From NCBI RefSeq assembly GCF_018977255.1, contig NW_024704742.1, forward strand, positions 103,418,001 through 103,482,000: DNA of 64,000 nt. Reading direction: 5' to 3'. The stretch is from Callorhinchus milii. Taxonomy: Eukaryota. The notes beneath the pieces were generated by a model. The model was not told where the DNA came from. It searched no databases and was given only the letters and a program-made list of their open reading frames with translations. Positions 62,516 to 64,000 of the stretch are shown here, in pieces (position 1 is the stretch's first letter; every line of letters starts with the position of its first letter). Both the position numbers and the translations under genes were made by a program.

Positions 62516-64000
62516 AACAACAACACAAATACATGCGTATAGTGCCTTTCATGTTGGGAGGACATCCCAAGGCACTGGACAATCAATGTTTGGGACCCGA
62601 GCTAAGGGTCTGGATCGGGGAGGGTGGAGGATAAAGTGGAGAAGGAGGGTGACTGAAGGCATGGTCGGAAAGGAGAGTTTTGAGATGGGTCTCATCCATG
62701 GCTTGATGTCTGACAGACATTCTGTCAGTACAGCAGTGGTGCTGGAGTCGTCTTGTTGACGTTTAACTGCATGAAAATTTGCACTCATCCAGCTTTTGAG
62801 GTCCAACAGACAAGCTGACAGAACATCAGGGGACTGTGGGTTGCAGCTGGAAAAGTAGAGTTGAGTGTCATCGGCAAACATGTGGAAGTTAACCCCGTGT
62901 CTACGGGTGATATCACCGAGAGGGAGCCGATAGATGAGGAAGAGGGGGCCAAGGATGGATCCTTGGGGCACCCCACAGGTGACCGGGTGGAAGCTTGAAG
63001 AAAAGCCATTTGCAGAAATGTAGTGCTGGCGGTTTGTAAGGTAGGACTCGAACCAAGCGAGTGCGGTCCCACTGAGGTGGATGATGGAGGACAAGCAGTG
63101 GAGGAGGATGGTGTGATCGACTGTGGAGAGGTCCAGGAGAACGAGGAGGAAGATGGAGCCCTGGTCACAGATAGAGAGGATATCGCTTGTGACCTTCACG
63201 AGCGCTGTCTCTGTACTGTTGGCAGAGGGGAAACCGGACTGGACGGGTTTGAGTAGGGTGTGGAGGGATAGGTGTGCGTGAAGTTGGTTGGCAACAATGC
63301 GTTCCAGAGCTTTGGCCAGGAAGGGCAGATTTGAGATAGAATGGAGGTGGTGGTAGGTGACACGGGCCAGAGGGATGAAGCTGCCAGGCAGATGTTGCCA
63401 ATTTTAGAGGTAAGTAAGTCCATGACCTCTTTGCACTTGGCATTAGATGTGATGATTGAGGGGCTTGAGGGGGCGCACGGAGGAGGTGGTGGTCGGTGGA
63501 GAATAGGATTTCGGAGGTACTGTTGGCTTCCAGTATGATGTATGAGTAGAGCGCAGTTTTTGCTTGTGACAGGGAGCGGCGGTAGGTGTGAAGATGCTTG
63601 AGCCACAGCTGGTGGTGAACCATGAAGCTGGTTTTCTGCCATCTGCGCTCAAGCAACCGGGTTTGGGATTTTAGGGAGTGGAGATGGCTGTTGTACCAGG
63701 GGGAGCGCATGGGTTTGGAGTCAGTCCTGGATTTCAGGGGGATGCGGGAGTTGAAGATGAAGGAGAGGCGATCATGGAGCAGCTTGACGGCTGCTTCAGG
63801 GTCACTGCGGGTAGAAGGCCAAAGGGATAGGAGGTCTGAGGATGAGAGGGCCTTTGTACGGGTCTTGGGGGGGGAAGCCTTTTCCATGGGTGGAAAACTT
63901 TGGTTGAGGGCTTGATGGAGGAGAAAGGGATGTGAGAGGAGAAGGAGATGAGGAAGCGGTCCAAGATAGCCTTGTCCGTGAATATAGATATTGAAAAGGG
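62516..64000 (-). mobile_element. Rearranged L2 LINE running off the window end
   Basis: KVTSDIL, GVPQGSILGP and NFHMFADDTQLY motifs; the upstream linker is colinear with 24240-24790. Confidence 0.9.

Overview
Vertebrate genomic DNA. The repeat content (tRNA-headed SINEs with an L2-type tail, Deu-domain SINEs, C/T-rich L2 LINEs, CR1 tails) looks like a cartilaginous fish, possibly a chimaera; this is inferred from remembered repeat sequences, not from a search. The only host coding sequence I can support is one 419-nt internal exon of KCNN2 (SK2 Ca2+-activated K+ channel) on the minus strand (36704-37122). The rest of the window is apparently the two long flanking introns. They contain a decayed 9-kb Gypsy element (both LTRs, PBS-Leu, 5-bp TSD) with at least six nested L2/SINE insertions. 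There is also a pol-less ERV-like LTR element (49719-53761) with PBS-Arg, a coiled-coil/CCHC gag-like frame and a possible env remnant. Many L2 fragments, SINE copies of at least three head types, several palindromic MITEs and an unidentified co-oriented retroposon family fill the remainder. The most interesting leads are the ERV-like element, the inverted-repeat and hairpin architecture around the KCNN2 exon (circRNA or editing potential) and the unidentified retroposon family. No prokaryotic-type system is present. Repeat boundaries were read by eye and may be off by tens of bases.
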